DNA of 64,000 bases from Naegleria gruberi (taxonomy: Eukaryota): NCBI GenBank assembly GCA_000004985.1, contig GG738846.1, one strand, 5' to 3'. The stretch's first letter is position 1. Each line of letters opens with the position of its first letter. A model generated the notes under the pieces. That model did no database searches, had not been told where the DNA came from, and saw only the letters and a list, made by a program, of their open reading frames with translations. Shown here piece after piece: positions 45,418-57,049 of this stretch. The translations under genes and the position numbers were made by a program.

Positions 45418-46107
45418 TTAATGAGCGAATTGATCATATTTAGCTCTAACAGCAACCATTTGATCAGGATACAAGTAGCCCAATAAACCTAAGGCTCCAT
45501 AGTAAGAAGCAGCCAAAACTGCAACAATAGATGCCAAAACTACTGGTTTCTTCAATTTATACCCAAGAGCGACATTCAATCCATAAATTGAGTGATAAAC
45601 TCCACTGGTCAATAAGAGTCCAAAATAACCCATTGCTGCACCTTGACCTATTTCCTTCTCAGCTGCAAAAGCAATGGAAGCAAAAGAACCAGCATATGAA
45701 TGCATAAAACGAGTTCCAAAAATGTGCATTGGAACCAAAGCCCCCAAAGCATATCCAGTGTATGTGTGTAACTTTTTAGCAAGTGATGTATTGGCTGTGG
45801 CTGTTGATTTTTTTCCACTCATAAAGATCAATGAATTGGCAATCATGTGGACTACCAATGGAGCAAATACAACCAAACCTTCCATCATCATATTTGGTCG
45901 ATAGATTCCTCTTGTCTTTTCCAAGACGAGATCATAAGTAGCAGGTGAAACGGAGGCTGAAACTGTAGTAGCTACGTGGAGAGAGGCAAAAACAGAAAAG
46001 GCTACACCAGACCAGTGTTGAAGAGCACGGAGGAAAGATGATGAACCTGTTGTTGTCGATGATGTTTTTGCTTCTGTGACGGATGCTGTCTTGTTGTCTT
46101 GGGTCAT
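45418..46107 (-). CDS. hypothetical 4-5 TM membrane protein (229 aa)
   Basis: ATG at 46107 (MTQDNKTASV...). The track start at 46353 is non-ATG and its upstream frame translates a TATA-containing promoter. Gly/Ala-rich helices (GYALGALVPMHIFG, GQGAAMGYFGLLLTSGVYHSIYGLNVALGY). No family assigned. Confidence 0.5.
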   Translation of the reverse strand: MTQDNKTASVTEAKTSSTTTGSSSFLRALQHWSGVAFSVFASLHVATTVSASVSPATYDLVLEKTRGIYRPNMMMEGLVVFAPLVVHMIANSLIFMSGKKSTATANTSLAKKLHTYTGYALGALVPMHIFGTRFMHSYAGSFASIAFAAEKEIGQGAAMGYFGLLLTSGVYHSIYGLNVALGYKLKKPVVLASIVAVLAASYYGALGLLGYLYPDQMVAVRAKYDQFAH

Positions 46108-47425
46108 TTTTTTGTGTTTGTTGTAAATTTTGGAGATTTTCCAACCAATAGGGAGTTTTTTATGAGCGGAAAACTCAATGCCTCTAGTTATCGCATTAAA
46201 TACGCAGTTAATAGCGTACGTATAAATATTAAAATAAATTTCACTTTGTAAAAGCGTACGAAGGTCACCGAATGCAGAAAGGTGAAGCAGTTTAATTGTA
46301 AAACGATTGGTTAATGAAATTTCATTATGCAAAGTGCATAGAATACCTCTCAATTAACAAACAATCTTTCAATCTATTACCTAAATAATTCACTTTATTT
46401 CCTCAATTTTCAACTGTATCTATATTACCATTCTTGATATGCGTCATTTCCACACAGTCCCAAATACAGCAAAATAATCATTCATGCACTCACAGGCCTA
46501 CAATTCAATTAGAAAGAGAATCAATTTTAGCACCAATGGGAAGAGACACAAATTAATGTTACAAGTGGGGAGGAGGGGTAATAATCTTACTTTTAATTTA
46601 GGGGTGTTGGCTAGAAAATTACGAAATAATTGGGGGGTAAAAACATTATTTATTTAATTATTTCTTTACTAATTCTTCAAATTGTGATTTCTTTGGTACT
46701 CCACGTTTCTAATTCTATAGTGGTTCTTCTTCTTGTTCCAATTCCTTCTCTTGTTAAACCTATGGAATTATAGTTGCTGGGAAAGTCTTCTTAACTTTTT
46801 CTTTGGTTATTTTTGTCCGTATGTGGTGAAGTACAAACCATTGTATTGTGCTGGTTGTTGTTGATTAATCTTCCTTTCTATTTACAAAAGTGTCTTCTAA
46901 GGTAATGAATCATCAGTTTGTACCAATGGTTATCCTTAATTAATTTCTTGATGGTAATAGCTGTAAGAATTCATGAAGCGAAGGTAAGGCGTGTTATTGT
47001 TGTTGTGGAAACATTTGGAAGTGCGTGCTTTTGTAGAGGGTTAGTTGTATTGAGGTTTTTTTAAAATATTTTTTTACTTTTATTAAGCTAGCTTTTACAA
47101 TAAAGAAAAATCAAGCAAGCTGAAAGCGAAGCTTGGTTTTTCTTAAAATTTTAATAAAATTACATTACACACGAGTGGGGTAGAGAAAATATTATTTTAC
47201 ATACGAGTGGGGTCAAAACGAAGGACCGTAATTAATGTCTCTTCCCAATAAGGCCATGCTTGTTATAAAACACTCTCAAACTGTAACCACTTGTCGATGA
47301 TTCAATTTTATCATGTTTCAATTAAGCATGTTTACTGTCGCCTCCATTGCACAACAATTTACCATAAAATTATGTGAGGAAAAAACTTTGGATTTTGAAA
47401 AGATGAAGTTGGTGCCTTAGAAAAA

Positions 47426-49053
47426 ATGAGAAACCTTGATGACGATCTTCACAACAACAACCAACAACAACAAGATTTGTTCGAAGAGGTCTTGCAAATG
47501 TATGGTAGTAGTACGGAGTGTGAGGATTTAGTGTTAGATTTTACATCATCGGATACGAACGGATTGATGAAGAGAGTAGAGTCGTATCTTTCTAGTGGAA
47601 GCAGTTGGTATAAAAAGTTGAAGGTTGATAAGGATATGGAGAGTCTTGATTCGTTTGGAATTAATGAGGTTTCCGACGAATTGGATGATGAGAAGAGTGA
47701 TTGTTCCTTTACCAATAGATATGAAGAATCGTTGAATTGGGAAGTTGATAATTATGAGGACACATTTGATGATTATCAGAATGTAGCTAGAAAGGAAAAA
47801 CCTTGTTGTAAAAAGTTTTCTCCTCTCATCAGAAGAACAAACATTAATTTAGAGTTCCTAGATCCTTCTCAATGTATTGAGGCTTCTTGTATCGGCTGTT
47901 CTTCATTGGAGCGAAAGACTTTGATTGTTTCGACATTGTTCATTGCATGTGAATCATCATCTGATCATTCATCCACATCATCATCTGACTCTCATTTGAA
48001 TTCATCATCATCATTATCATGCAATGTATCTTATTCGGCGATGGACTCATCCAATAGAGTCCTTCTTGTACATTCAAAAGTAGACATCAACAAGGAGACT
48101 GAAAAGCAACGGCTGATAAGGTTGGCCCTATTATCGAGTTCCATTTTGTACATAGTTGTAAACAAGGAAATTGAGGAAGCTATAGCACATCAGATCATGT
48201 AAGTTTATCATTGTTTACTGATGCGATCATTTTTGTTCACAGATCTGAAATTTTGAAAATATCTTCAAGTTTAACAGACGCTTTTAGAGCATCATCTACA
48301 GGTTCTTTATTAAGGATTCCGGATATTAGAGTACTTTTTTGTAGATCTGACTTGGTGTTGGATCAGTAAGTTTTTTATTTATTTCAGCATTGTTAAAAGT
48401 CAAAAAACTATAAATATATGATAACAATTCATCTAAATAGAGGATTGGCAAATAGAGTTGAGTTTTTAAATTTTGGAGAGAACACTGATTGGAATGAATG
48501 GATTGATGAAACATCTCCTATCATTAAGCAAATAATAGAAGGATCATTGAGAGAATTGGATACTGAGCATTCATTAAGGCTGTTCAGCATGGTGTCAAAC
48601 TATGTACACGACTATTTTGGAAATTTTAATAGTATTTATAACTTGATTAGTTCATTTACAAACTTTGACTGTTGTAATACTGATTTTATAATAGCTCAAA
48701 CAGCCATTACAACAGCCAAGATTATGACCAAGGTGAAAGAATTGGCAACTAAAAAGGAAATTGAATACAAGGACACAATCTCCAAGATTGAAACTGAAAG
48801 TAGGACCATCATCAGAAAAAAGAATAAGGAAATTGAAAAGCTTAAAAAACAACTGAACGAATTCAAAAAGAACTTCTACTCTACAGTTGACTTGACCGAG
48901 AAGGCAGAAAAGAAGCAGGAAACCAAGATTATTGATCTTTCATCGCATCTCATAGTTAATTCAAAACATGATTCAATGAATAGAAATGATCAATGTGGAC
49001 CAAAATCCATCCTACTACTTCCACCCTTACGTTTATGTTATCGACAAGTTTAG
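47426..49053 (+). CDS. GBP/atlastin-family-like large-GTPase-domain protein with degenerate P-loop plus coiled-coil C-terminus; three exons: 47426-48198, 48243-48365, 48441-49053
   Basis: ATG at 47426. Exon 1 ends ...RLIRLALLSSSILYIVVNKEIEEAIAHQI at a GTAAGT donor (48199). A 44-nt intron leads to a 123-nt exon encoding ...LLRIPDIRVLFCRSDLVLD, resembling the GBP FFPDFVWTLRDFSLDL block. A second GTAAGT (48366) and a 75-nt intron lead to track ORF 48418-49053. The (F/I)ALAxLLSSxxxY block matches GBP/atlastin. The P-loop position reads GCSSLERKT rather than GxxxxGKS. The C-terminal end overlaps the MORN ORF in another frame. Confidence 0.45.
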
Positions 49054-49906
49054 AGTTTATGATGAGTTGAGAAAATCAAAGAATTATAGAGTTAAGAGAT
49101 ATAAGGATGGATCCAAATATGAGGGTGAATATGTCAATCATGCCAGAGAGGGACTGGGAACCTTTTTGAATGAGTTTGGAAATATCTATACAGGTTTCTG
49201 GCAGGATAACGAAAGACATGGATATGGAATGCAAGAATATAATGAAGGTAACAAGTATTGTGGACAGTGGAAGAAGGACGCAAAGCACGGCTATGGTACT
49301 TCATGGTATAAGGATGGAGGTGTTTTTACTGGAGAATATCTGGAAGGATTGAGAACTGGAAAAGGAATCTACACGTATCCGAGTGGAAATCAATATGATG
49401 GTGAATGGAAGAATGGTGTAAGAAATGGATTTGGTATCTATCGTTATTGTTCTGGAGAGGAATATTATGGAGATTGGGTTGATGATTTGAGAACTGGATT
49501 CGGAACCTATATTGGAGCTGATGGATCAAAATACGAGGGTGAATGGTCACAAGGATTGAAACATGGTGAAGGTACCTTGGTAAATGGAAATGAAAATTAT
49601 AAGGGATCATTTGTGAGTGGTAAAAAACATGGAAAGGGAAAGATTGTGTTCAATTGTTCCAAAGGTGGAGAAGATCCTCTCTCTTTTGAGGGATCGTTTT
49701 TGGAAGATGAAATGGAAGGAGATGGAAAGTACTTTTTAAAGAGTGGTGATGTTATTCATGTAATTGTATCAAAAGGAGTTGAAAAGATAATAACACGAGA
49801 GGTGTGCAAGTTCAAAACCTTCCTTTTAAATGCATGCGCTAAGAATCAAGATTATAACAAGGGATTTCACTTTGTGGATATCCTTATCAAAAGTAATAAT
49901 TTATAA
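48986..49906 (+). CDS. MORN-repeat protein (306 aa)
   Basis: ATG at 48986. At least 7 MORN repeats (YEGEYVNHAREGLGTF, YTGFWQDNERHGYGMQ, YCGQWKKDAKHGYGTS, FTGEYLEGLRTGKGIY, YDGEWKNGVRNGFGIY, YYGDWVDDLRTGFGTY, YEGEWSQGLKHGEGTL). Its first 68 nt overlap the preceding gene's terminal codons in another frame. Confidence 0.65.
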   Translation: MINVDQNPSYYFHPYVYVIDKFRVYDELRKSKNYRVKRYKDGSKYEGEYVNHAREGLGTFLNEFGNIYTGFWQDNERHGYGMQEYNEGNKYCGQWKKDAKHGYGTSWYKDGGVFTGEYLEGLRTGKGIYTYPSGNQYDGEWKNGVRNGFGIYRYCSGEEYYGDWVDDLRTGFGTYIGADGSKYEGEWSQGLKHGEGTLVNGNENYKGSFVSGKKHGKGKIVFNCSKGGEDPLSFEGSFLEDEMEGDGKYFLKSGDVIHVIVSKGVEKIITREVCKFKTFLLNACAKNQDYNKGFHFVDILIKSNNL

Positions 49907-49919
49907 TAATAATAATAAT

Positions 49920-52647
49920 TTATTCAGTAACTACTTCTATTTCATTATTTGTTTGCTCGTCATCATCGAAAGGTAAATCAATAGCCAAACTCAAACAATT
50001 TCTTGCTATAATACTCCACAAATATGAAACAAAGAAAGGTTCAGTATCTCCATCTTCAGAGAAGTGTGAAGGCAAAAATTGAATAACTTTCAAGTGTTGC
50101 TCAGCTCTACTAGTCGACCAAAACTGAGATGCTTTATGAATGCACTCTAAGTAGCTCTCTGAACTCCACATTTTGGATTGTTGTGCATTATCCACATATT
50201 CATCAAATACATCATTGGAAATCTCTCTTGATGGTGACATGTGAGATTGTCCAACCTTGTCATTAATCATTTGTTTTCCTTCAATATTAATGATATTGGA
50301 AATTTGCACATCAAAATATTCTACTATTGTCTTTAAATTATGTACATAATCAGGGAATAATGACAATTCCTCAAGTCTCTTGACCACACGTCTCTGATAT
50401 AATAATTCATAAATTAGTCTCAAATTTTTCCTCAATCCACCCTCCTTGTTATTCACCAAAATACAATTTATAGTTTCTAGAGCAAACTTGAGTAAGGAAA
50501 AATGGGTTTCCTTGTCCTCTTCAGTGGATGATGGCAACATTCGTATCTTTTCAAATTTAATGGTCAACAATCTTGTAAGTGTGACCAATCTTTGAGCTGT
50601 ATACGTGTGCATGTTAGAAAAGTATGGACCAGAGTTGGAAATTATTGCAAGGCAAGACCTATTCAAAAACATATCCTTTTTGTGTGAAATATTATAGTGA
50701 ACAACAGAGATGAGTACAGCAACAATCAAACTTCCAAGATGAATTTCATCTAGAATTCTCTCAGTAAACCACGGTACGGAACTGATGACTTGCTTGTGGA
50801 TATTGATCATGAATGATGTGTCTTGAGTGAGAAGTGTGAGTACTACCAGAAGAGTATAAATGTGATTTGGCTTGTCATTCTTTGAATGGTAAATCTTGTG
50901 GAGGAGTGGTAACAAGATTGTCTCTGAGTCTGATTTTGAAAGAACAAACTCTCTGAATGATTTGTTGTCGTGTAACAAACTATAGGTGAGGAGTGTGCAT
51001 TCCTCCTCTTCAAAATCTCTCACAATAGAGTTGAATATCTTTTCAAATGATATTCCATTGTTGCTCTTATCGTCTGACTTGACTTTATATTCTGAATAGT
51101 CGTTAAAGCTCCACGAATTAAATTGAGAAATGATCACATCATCCAAGTTGGTTAGATTTGTAAAGTGTGAAAGGTATGGATTAAGTACTCGGTGATCATT
51201 CTTCCCATAAAATATCAATAACAGAAGATTCATTATACTTCTCCTACCAAGGAGTTCAGGAAGCATTTCACTGAGTTTCTCGCTATATTCAATTTCCTTT
51301 GTTTCCTTATAAAAGATATTTCTATAGGCATTATAGGGCAAGAAGAGGATTGAGGAAGCAGTCTCTCCCAATTTGGAAAAGATTTTTTGGAGTGTAGTTC
51401 TAATTGAAACTTGGAATGGTGATGCCTCCTTCTTTGTAATTCTATATGTTATATGGTTTTGCAAGAGGGCATGTATCAATCTATTTGGATCAAATGATTT
51501 ACAACTTGATTTGAACTGTTTTCTAATTCTCATAATGGAAATTGCCTCCTGCAGGAAGATATTATGCTCTCTGCTTGATTCTTGAATTTTACCAATGGTA
51601 TCATGTACTTCTTCCTCTTCCTGATCCTCATTAATGACGCCTCCATAGAGAGAGGTACTAAATAATATTAAAAGACAGTTCATAACCTCCAAATGCAGTA
51701 AATAATTATGAATTGTCACTCGATTCTCACTCAAAAACAATAAAATAGTCTCTATGAATATTCTCACCACTAGAGGTGAGTGAATTCTATTCTTTCCTTC
51801 CATTTCAAATTCTGGATCTCTTTCCTCATCAATATAACAATAATTTTCAATGAGATTGGCAGACAATTTGAAACCTGGTGGTAAATTATACAAGTGTGTT
51901 TTTAAATACTCTGCATTATTTTCACAATCCATTATAATTCTATGAATGAGATATCTAAAGATTACAAAGGCATTGCAAGTGACAAGAATTGCCTCTCTAT
52001 TCACTGTGGATAAATCCTCTTCAGTGTTTGACTCATCCGACTTTCCCTCTTCCATTCTCAAAATTAACCACTGTGATAATTGTAACATGAAGGCACTCAA
52101 TGATCCTGTCTGTAAATTATTTCCATCTATTCATTTGATTATTATCCACAACAAGTTGTTGTTATCATTATGTAATTAATTAAAATAATATTATATATTG
52201 TCAATATTACAAAGATTTTGAATCAAAATTAATGAATTAACTCTCTGATCAGAGAGAGATGTAATAATTTTAATACCTACGTAAAAGTGATGCATATTTA
52301 AACAAGTGTTTATCCAAAATATCAGGATGAAGTAAAGACAATGGAAAGTAATCTCCGATATTGAGTACAGATGAAGAAGAAACAGCTCGAGCTACAAGCC
52401 CAATTCCACTACTGGTGGATGATTTCTCACCACCATCGGATAATGTACCATTGTTTTGTTGTGGTTGTTGTTGATTGGAAAACGTTGATTGAGAAATAAT
52501 AGTTTGAGAAATGGATAAGAGAGACTGATACGCAAATTTACTCCAAAATTCATCATGATTTCTAATAGGCTCTGCTCCACACAAATCATTTAGAAAATCA
52601 TTTTGGCCAATAGTATTTTCAACCGATGATGAAAAGGTTCCTCCCAT
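49920..52647 (-). CDS. dym: dymeclin, two exons: 52281-52647 and 49920-52105
   Basis: LLHDNKSFREFVLSKSDSETILLPLLHKIYHSKNDKPNHIYTLLVVLTLLTQDTSFMINIHKQVISSVPWFTERILDEIHLGSLIVAVLISVVHYNISHKKDMFLNRSCLAIISNSGPYFSNMHTYTAQRLVTLTRLL aligns block for block with human DYM ([120 protein letters not shown]...). The N-terminal exon (ATG at 52647) encodes MGGTFSSSVEN...DEFWSKF (myristoylation-type MGxxxS plus conserved DPFW block). The intron 52106-52280 (GTAGGT...ACAG, 175 nt, phase 1) is inferred. Confidence 0.85.
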
Positions 52648-52864
52648 ATTATTATTATTATTATTATTATAATTGTAAAAAGTCTATATTAAATGTATTC
52701 TGCTTGATGATGATATTATTGTGTTTTTTAAAAAGCTTTCCGAAAGATCTTGTTGTGTGTGATGAAGAATTTGATTTTTTTTTCTTTTGAAACAAAAAGG
52801 AAGCAAGTTTTTTAATTTTCAATATCAATTAAGAAATTGACCTAGTGCTCAAAAATGGGTAATC

Positions 52865-53938
52865 TCAATGAATTTTATTATAGGCATTCAATAAAAGGAA
52901 TTGGTAGAGATTGGATAGATGATTTTGCCAATTTGGATCTGATTTGGTGATGGATTCAATGTTGAGTTTGGAAAGGATGGATTTGAGGATTTCTTTCTCT
53001 TTAAAACATTGTGGGGAGAGTATGATATTGGAAATTTGCTGTTCAATGAATTGTTTCAGTATTATTTGAGTTTCATTATACTTTTCAATTAAAAGATCAT
53101 TATTGAAATATCCAAATTTGTAAATGAGATAGTTGTAGAATTTTTGTTGAGAGAGTGGTTTTCCTTTGTGTAATTTTTCATACAGTATTTGAATGAATTG
53201 ATCCAAATCCAAGAGGTACATTTCATTTTGTGTTTTAATGTATTTGAATATTTGCATTGGATGAACAGAATGATCGAGAAATAAACTCTGTTCCAATATT
53301 TCAGATGAATCATACTGACCAATACTATTCAAAATTTCCGAATAATTCAATTTACAATGATGAGAGAATTGGTGGGTATTCCGAGTCAAGATGAGTCTAA
53401 TCATTTTAGGCATTGCTTGTTGATACTTGTTAATATTCCTCAAATGTCCAAATGATTGAAAATATTTAACACATTGAGTGAGATAAATTACATAATTATT
53501 TACATAGTCCGTTTTAACGCCCAATCTATTAATTATACTTTGAATGTATGAATTGAGAATGTTAATTTTCAATTGCTTGTACTTTTTAAAATTATTATAA
53601 TTGGTTTTACACTCTCTACAGATAAAGTAATTTAAAACTTTAGATTTGAGCTCAGAATTTTCATAGACGAGATATTTTACATTTTCATATACATTTCCAT
53701 ACTTGATAGATAAGGTTAAATATTTATACAATTGTACATCATTATTTACAATAAAGTATTGATTATATACACATTGACAATGATCCAAAATGATTAATAA
53801 TTGATCAACTCGATTCTTGTGACTAATTTTCGAATAAATTGTCAAATTTTCAATTGAATCCGATTCTAAATCTTCAATTTTAACTTGATAAATATTTCCA
53901 TATAATATATCCACTGTTTTTGAATATTCTTGTATCAT
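52865..53938 (-). CDS. hypothetical protein (357 aa), Tyr/Asn/Ile-rich
   Basis: ATG at 53938, complete ORF, no recognised domain. It may be the 3' exon of the 53985-54263 ORF through a 61-nt GTTAAA...ACAAG intron (phase 1; ...RGGRQ|E|YSKTVDIL). Confidence 0.45.
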   Translation of the reverse strand: MIQEYSKTVDILYGNIYQVKIEDLESDSIENLTIYSKISHKNRVDQLLIILDHCQCVYNQYFIVNNDVQLYKYLTLSIKYGNVYENVKYLVYENSELKSKVLNYFICRECKTNYNNFKKYKQLKINILNSYIQSIINRLGVKTDYVNNYVIYLTQCVKYFQSFGHLRNINKYQQAMPKMIRLILTRNTHQFSHHCKLNYSEILNSIGQYDSSEILEQSLFLDHSVHPMQIFKYIKTQNEMYLLDLDQFIQILYEKLHKGKPLSQQKFYNYLIYKFGYFNNDLLIEKYNETQIILKQFIEQQISNIILSPQCFKEKEILKSILSKLNIESITKSDPNWQNHLSNLYQFLLLNAYNKIH

Positions 53939-53984
53939 TATTTGTTTTCTTTTTTCAATTTCCGAGAGTATGAAATTTTGATTT

Positions 53985-54263
53985 TTAACCTTGTCTGCCT
54001 CCTCTCTCCTCTTTCAAATAATATTCCAAATAATCCATCAAATTATTCATCAATTCCGAGAGTTTTTCCAAATCACGATTAAAATATGACTTTAGGAATT
54101 TACTTTTTTTCAATTCATCATAGAAAGCAAGAGCTTGCTCTCGTGTTTTTAATTTTCTTTTCTTTATCAATAAATATAATGATGATGATTGTTGACTCGT
54201 AAAGTGATCATGTTTGTTCCGATAAAAATTGGTTTCAAAATTGGTTTTCAACTCTGTTTGCAT
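53985..54263 (-). CDS. hypothetical small protein or upstream exon of the preceding gene
   Basis: ATG at 54263, 92 codons, basic/coiled-coil-like. Only 46 nt separate its stop from the next ATG, and a possible in-frame splice is described above. Confidence 0.35.
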   Translation of the reverse strand: MQTELKTNFETNFYRNKHDHFTSQQSSSLYLLIKKRKLKTREQALAFYDELKKSKFLKSYFNRDLEKLSELMNNLMDYLEYYLKEERGGRQG

Positions 54264-54661
54264 TTTTATTTAAATAAAATTAATATTATCCTTCAAAAAA
54301 CTATTCAAAATGGCAAAGTTCCTGGTGTATTTTCAAGTACCTCACTCAACATTGCAATCTCCTGTTAGAATGGTCATAGAGTTTGTTTGTACTGGATGCA
54401 AAGTTCAAAAGAGAAATCAATGTTAATAACATCCTTGAAGGATCGACCGATGGCTTAGAAAAACTCATAAATCCACATTCCAAAAAAATTCCTATTCCAC
54501 CTTACAAACATTCTTGTACTTGATCCACTCTATCATCAGAATCAGAACTATTTGATTTTTCAGAAACAGGGATACTCTCATTCTCTGTCATGGGTTGTTG
54601 CTTTTCTGCCATCTCCTTCACACTAATAGATGATGAAACCTCCATGGTGATATCACCCCTC

Positions 54662-55948
54662 TCACTTCCTTCCAAATCCACCACATTCACATCTCACACC
54701 ATCACCACCACCACTTTGATTTTTACTGTATTTATGGGTACTACTGGTATTCCTGGCAGATTGAATGTGTTTTGAATTGTTAGATCTGATACTACTGGTG
54801 GTACCATTCTGATCAGATCCTTGATTTTCCTTGAGAAGGTGAATGGGTGTGTAGAGAGCCAAAGCAGTGAATGCAAAAACAAGAATTCCCAAAGTGTTAC
54901 ATATTGAATATCCAAGTGCAAAATGACTGAGTGCTGGATCTTGTTGAGCAACACCACTGCCACCTGCAAAAGCTTCGAATAGAAAACATCCAAATAATCC
55001 ACTTTGTAAAATTAGTACTTTAACAATGGAATTTCTCTTCTTTTTTTGATCTTCAGCTATTTTTGAAATTGTTTTAAGAACTGCATATGCTGCAATCTAA
55101 TTAAAATTGTAAATTGACTCGTAAACATTTTGTAAACATACCACCAACATTGTAATTTGAGTTGTCACCTCCAACACAAATATTATAAAACATAAAATAT
55201 AGCCGTACGTGACCAAATCATCTCCAGCATAGGCCAATCTATTTAAAATAGTGACAATACTCACAAATACAGTAATCAAAACCAATCCAACTGAATTAAT
55301 ACCTGTAAAAATTGTTACAATTTTTGTAAAGTAAAATAATTTTTTGGATCGAAGTGTTCCACTCGAGAGTCTAAATGTTTCAATGAAAACCAACGTTACA
55401 AACCAAACGATAATGACCATCACTTGAACATTCATCAATGCCATACATATTTCAAGGGATTCTGCAATTGCATAAATGACAATTTGTTCGAATGGAATTC
55501 CAACTTCATGGGGTGTTAGTCCGAGTGTATTGTTGAACCAGAGTAGAGTTTGAAAACCCTCAATTATTGTTTCATTATTTCCATACCTATCCGAAAAATA
55601 ATCTTGATATCTGAATCCAAATGAAATGTTAAGACTATCGAAAATAATCCTCGAAATTAACAAGACAATTTCCAAGCAACACATAACCAACACTCCATAA
55701 ATAATTCTTTTTTGATTTTTCATTAAATTTCCCCTTTCCCGCCTCAACTTGAGCAGGAAGTAAATGATAAAGAGGAGTAGACCAATAGTGATGAACAAGT
55801 AGATGATGACTATTGTCATTTCAATGTATGATACGATGAGTGGTTCAAGTCTTAGGAGAGATGTTAGTACAGGTGGGAGAGTATTGTTTGACAATGACAT
55901 TGATAACAGTGATGATTCCAGTTGCGGTAGTGGTGATGAGGTTGTCAT
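54662..55948 (-). CDS. 7TM-like multi-pass membrane protein; reading interrupted by an in-frame TAG at about 55097
   Basis: ATG at 55948. At least 7 hydrophobic helices before the stop at 55097 and 2-3 more after it in the same frame (IAAYAVLKTISKIAEDQKKKRNSIVKVLILQSGLFGCFLFEAFAGG...GILVFAFTALALYTPIHLL, matching track ORF 54662-54892). The hydrophilic tail may continue in a +1 frame (track ORF 54502-54690). Confidence 0.5.
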
Positions 55949-56202
55949 TTTGTTTTTTTTCTAATGGAATTTTGTAGCTCTTATTAAAAGTTACTATTAG
56001 TGACAGTTTGAAAAAAAACCATCTCTCCCATCTTTAAATGTTTTGACATGGTATGGTGTATTTTTAATCCTTGCAAATAATTAAAGGAAACCTTGATAAA
56101 TAAAAAACAAGATACCATTTCCAAACAAAGTAACTTTTTTGGGTTGTAATATTCTTTCTGATGAATTTAATTTCAAAAAAACAATTAAAAATATCAAAAA
56201 AA

Positions 56203-56478
56203 ATGTCAATTTATTTTCATTTATTATTTCACCAAGAAGACCAAATTTTTGGTTTTTTTATTCAACAACAAATTAATTTAATTCCATTACCTTTGGGTTT
56301 TTTGATAAATTCATTTAATAACAAAACTAATAGAAATGAATTTGAAAAACCCTTCTTCAAGCGCGTTGCGTGTGTTTGTGAAATTGGTTGTGGCCACTTT
56401 TTGATCCTGATTATATTTGGCAAGGGCTATATATATGGAAACGAGTTCAAATTTTTTCTAATGTCGTTTCTATCATAA
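56203..56478 (+). CDS. small-ORF family member, type 3, copy 1
   Basis: ATG at 56203 after an A-run. Its first 19 codons are conserved with the 34.8-37.0-kb copies, then it diverges. Confidence 0.3.
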   Translation: MSIYFHLLFHQEDQIFGFFIQQQINLIPLPLGFLINSFNNKTNRNEFEKPFFKRVACVCEIGCGHFLILIIFGKGYIYGNEFKFFLMSFLS

Positions 56479-56728
56479 ATAGGAACCAAAATACAACAAA
56501 CCAACATCGTCTAAGTAGTTGGAAGATGTTAACAAATCTGATCTCAAAAAATTCATAAATACATTCATCATTTGTGTAAAAAAGTGAACATATTTAAATG
56601 TTACATTGTAAATTAATAAAACAAGATTGAGAATTAGTAATAATTATGATGAAGATGACATCTGTTCCAAGCTTAGTGGAATACTTTTAGACAGATGCTA
56701 TTTAATAAATAAAAATATCAAAAAAAAA

Positions 56729-57049
56729 ATGTCAATTTATTTTCATTTATTATTTCACCAAGAAGACCAAATTTTTGGTTTTTTTATTCAACAACAAATT
56801 AATATAATTCCAATACATATGGGTTCTTTTATAAATTCATTTAATAACAAAACTAATAGAAATGAATTTGAAAAACCCTTCTTCAACTACGTTGTGTGTA
56901 TTTGTGAAATTGGTTATAGATGGCAAGTTGTGTCTGTTTTCCACTATTTTGATTGGTATGTTCAAGTTTACAAGATCATCAATATAAGCTCCTTCAAAAC
57001 CTTGTATTTCATAAACCATCAAAAATTCATAAATATCAACAATATCTGA
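56729..57049 (+). CDS. small-ORF family member, type 3, copy 2
   Basis: ATG at 56729 after an A-run. Near-identical to 56203 over about 60 codons. Confidence 0.3.
   Translation: MSIYFHLLFHQEDQIFGFFIQQQINIIPIHMGSFINSFNNKTNRNEFEKPFFNYVVCICEIGYRWQVVSVFHYFDWYVQVYKIINISSFKTLYFINHQKFININNI

Larger units (their letters stand above)
56161..57049 (+). repeat. second locus of the small-ORF family: two tandem near-identical copies (about 510-bp period) on the plus strand
   Basis: 56190-56350 ~ 56700-56880 (aaaaatatcaaaaaaaatgtcaatttattttcatttattatttcaccaagaagaccaaatttttggtttttttattcaacaacaaattaat...aataacaaaactaatagaaatgaatttgaaaaacccttcttcaa). ORFs from the ATGs at 56203 and 56729 (MSIYFHLLFHQEDQIFGFFIQQQIN...). 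Confidence 0.6.
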
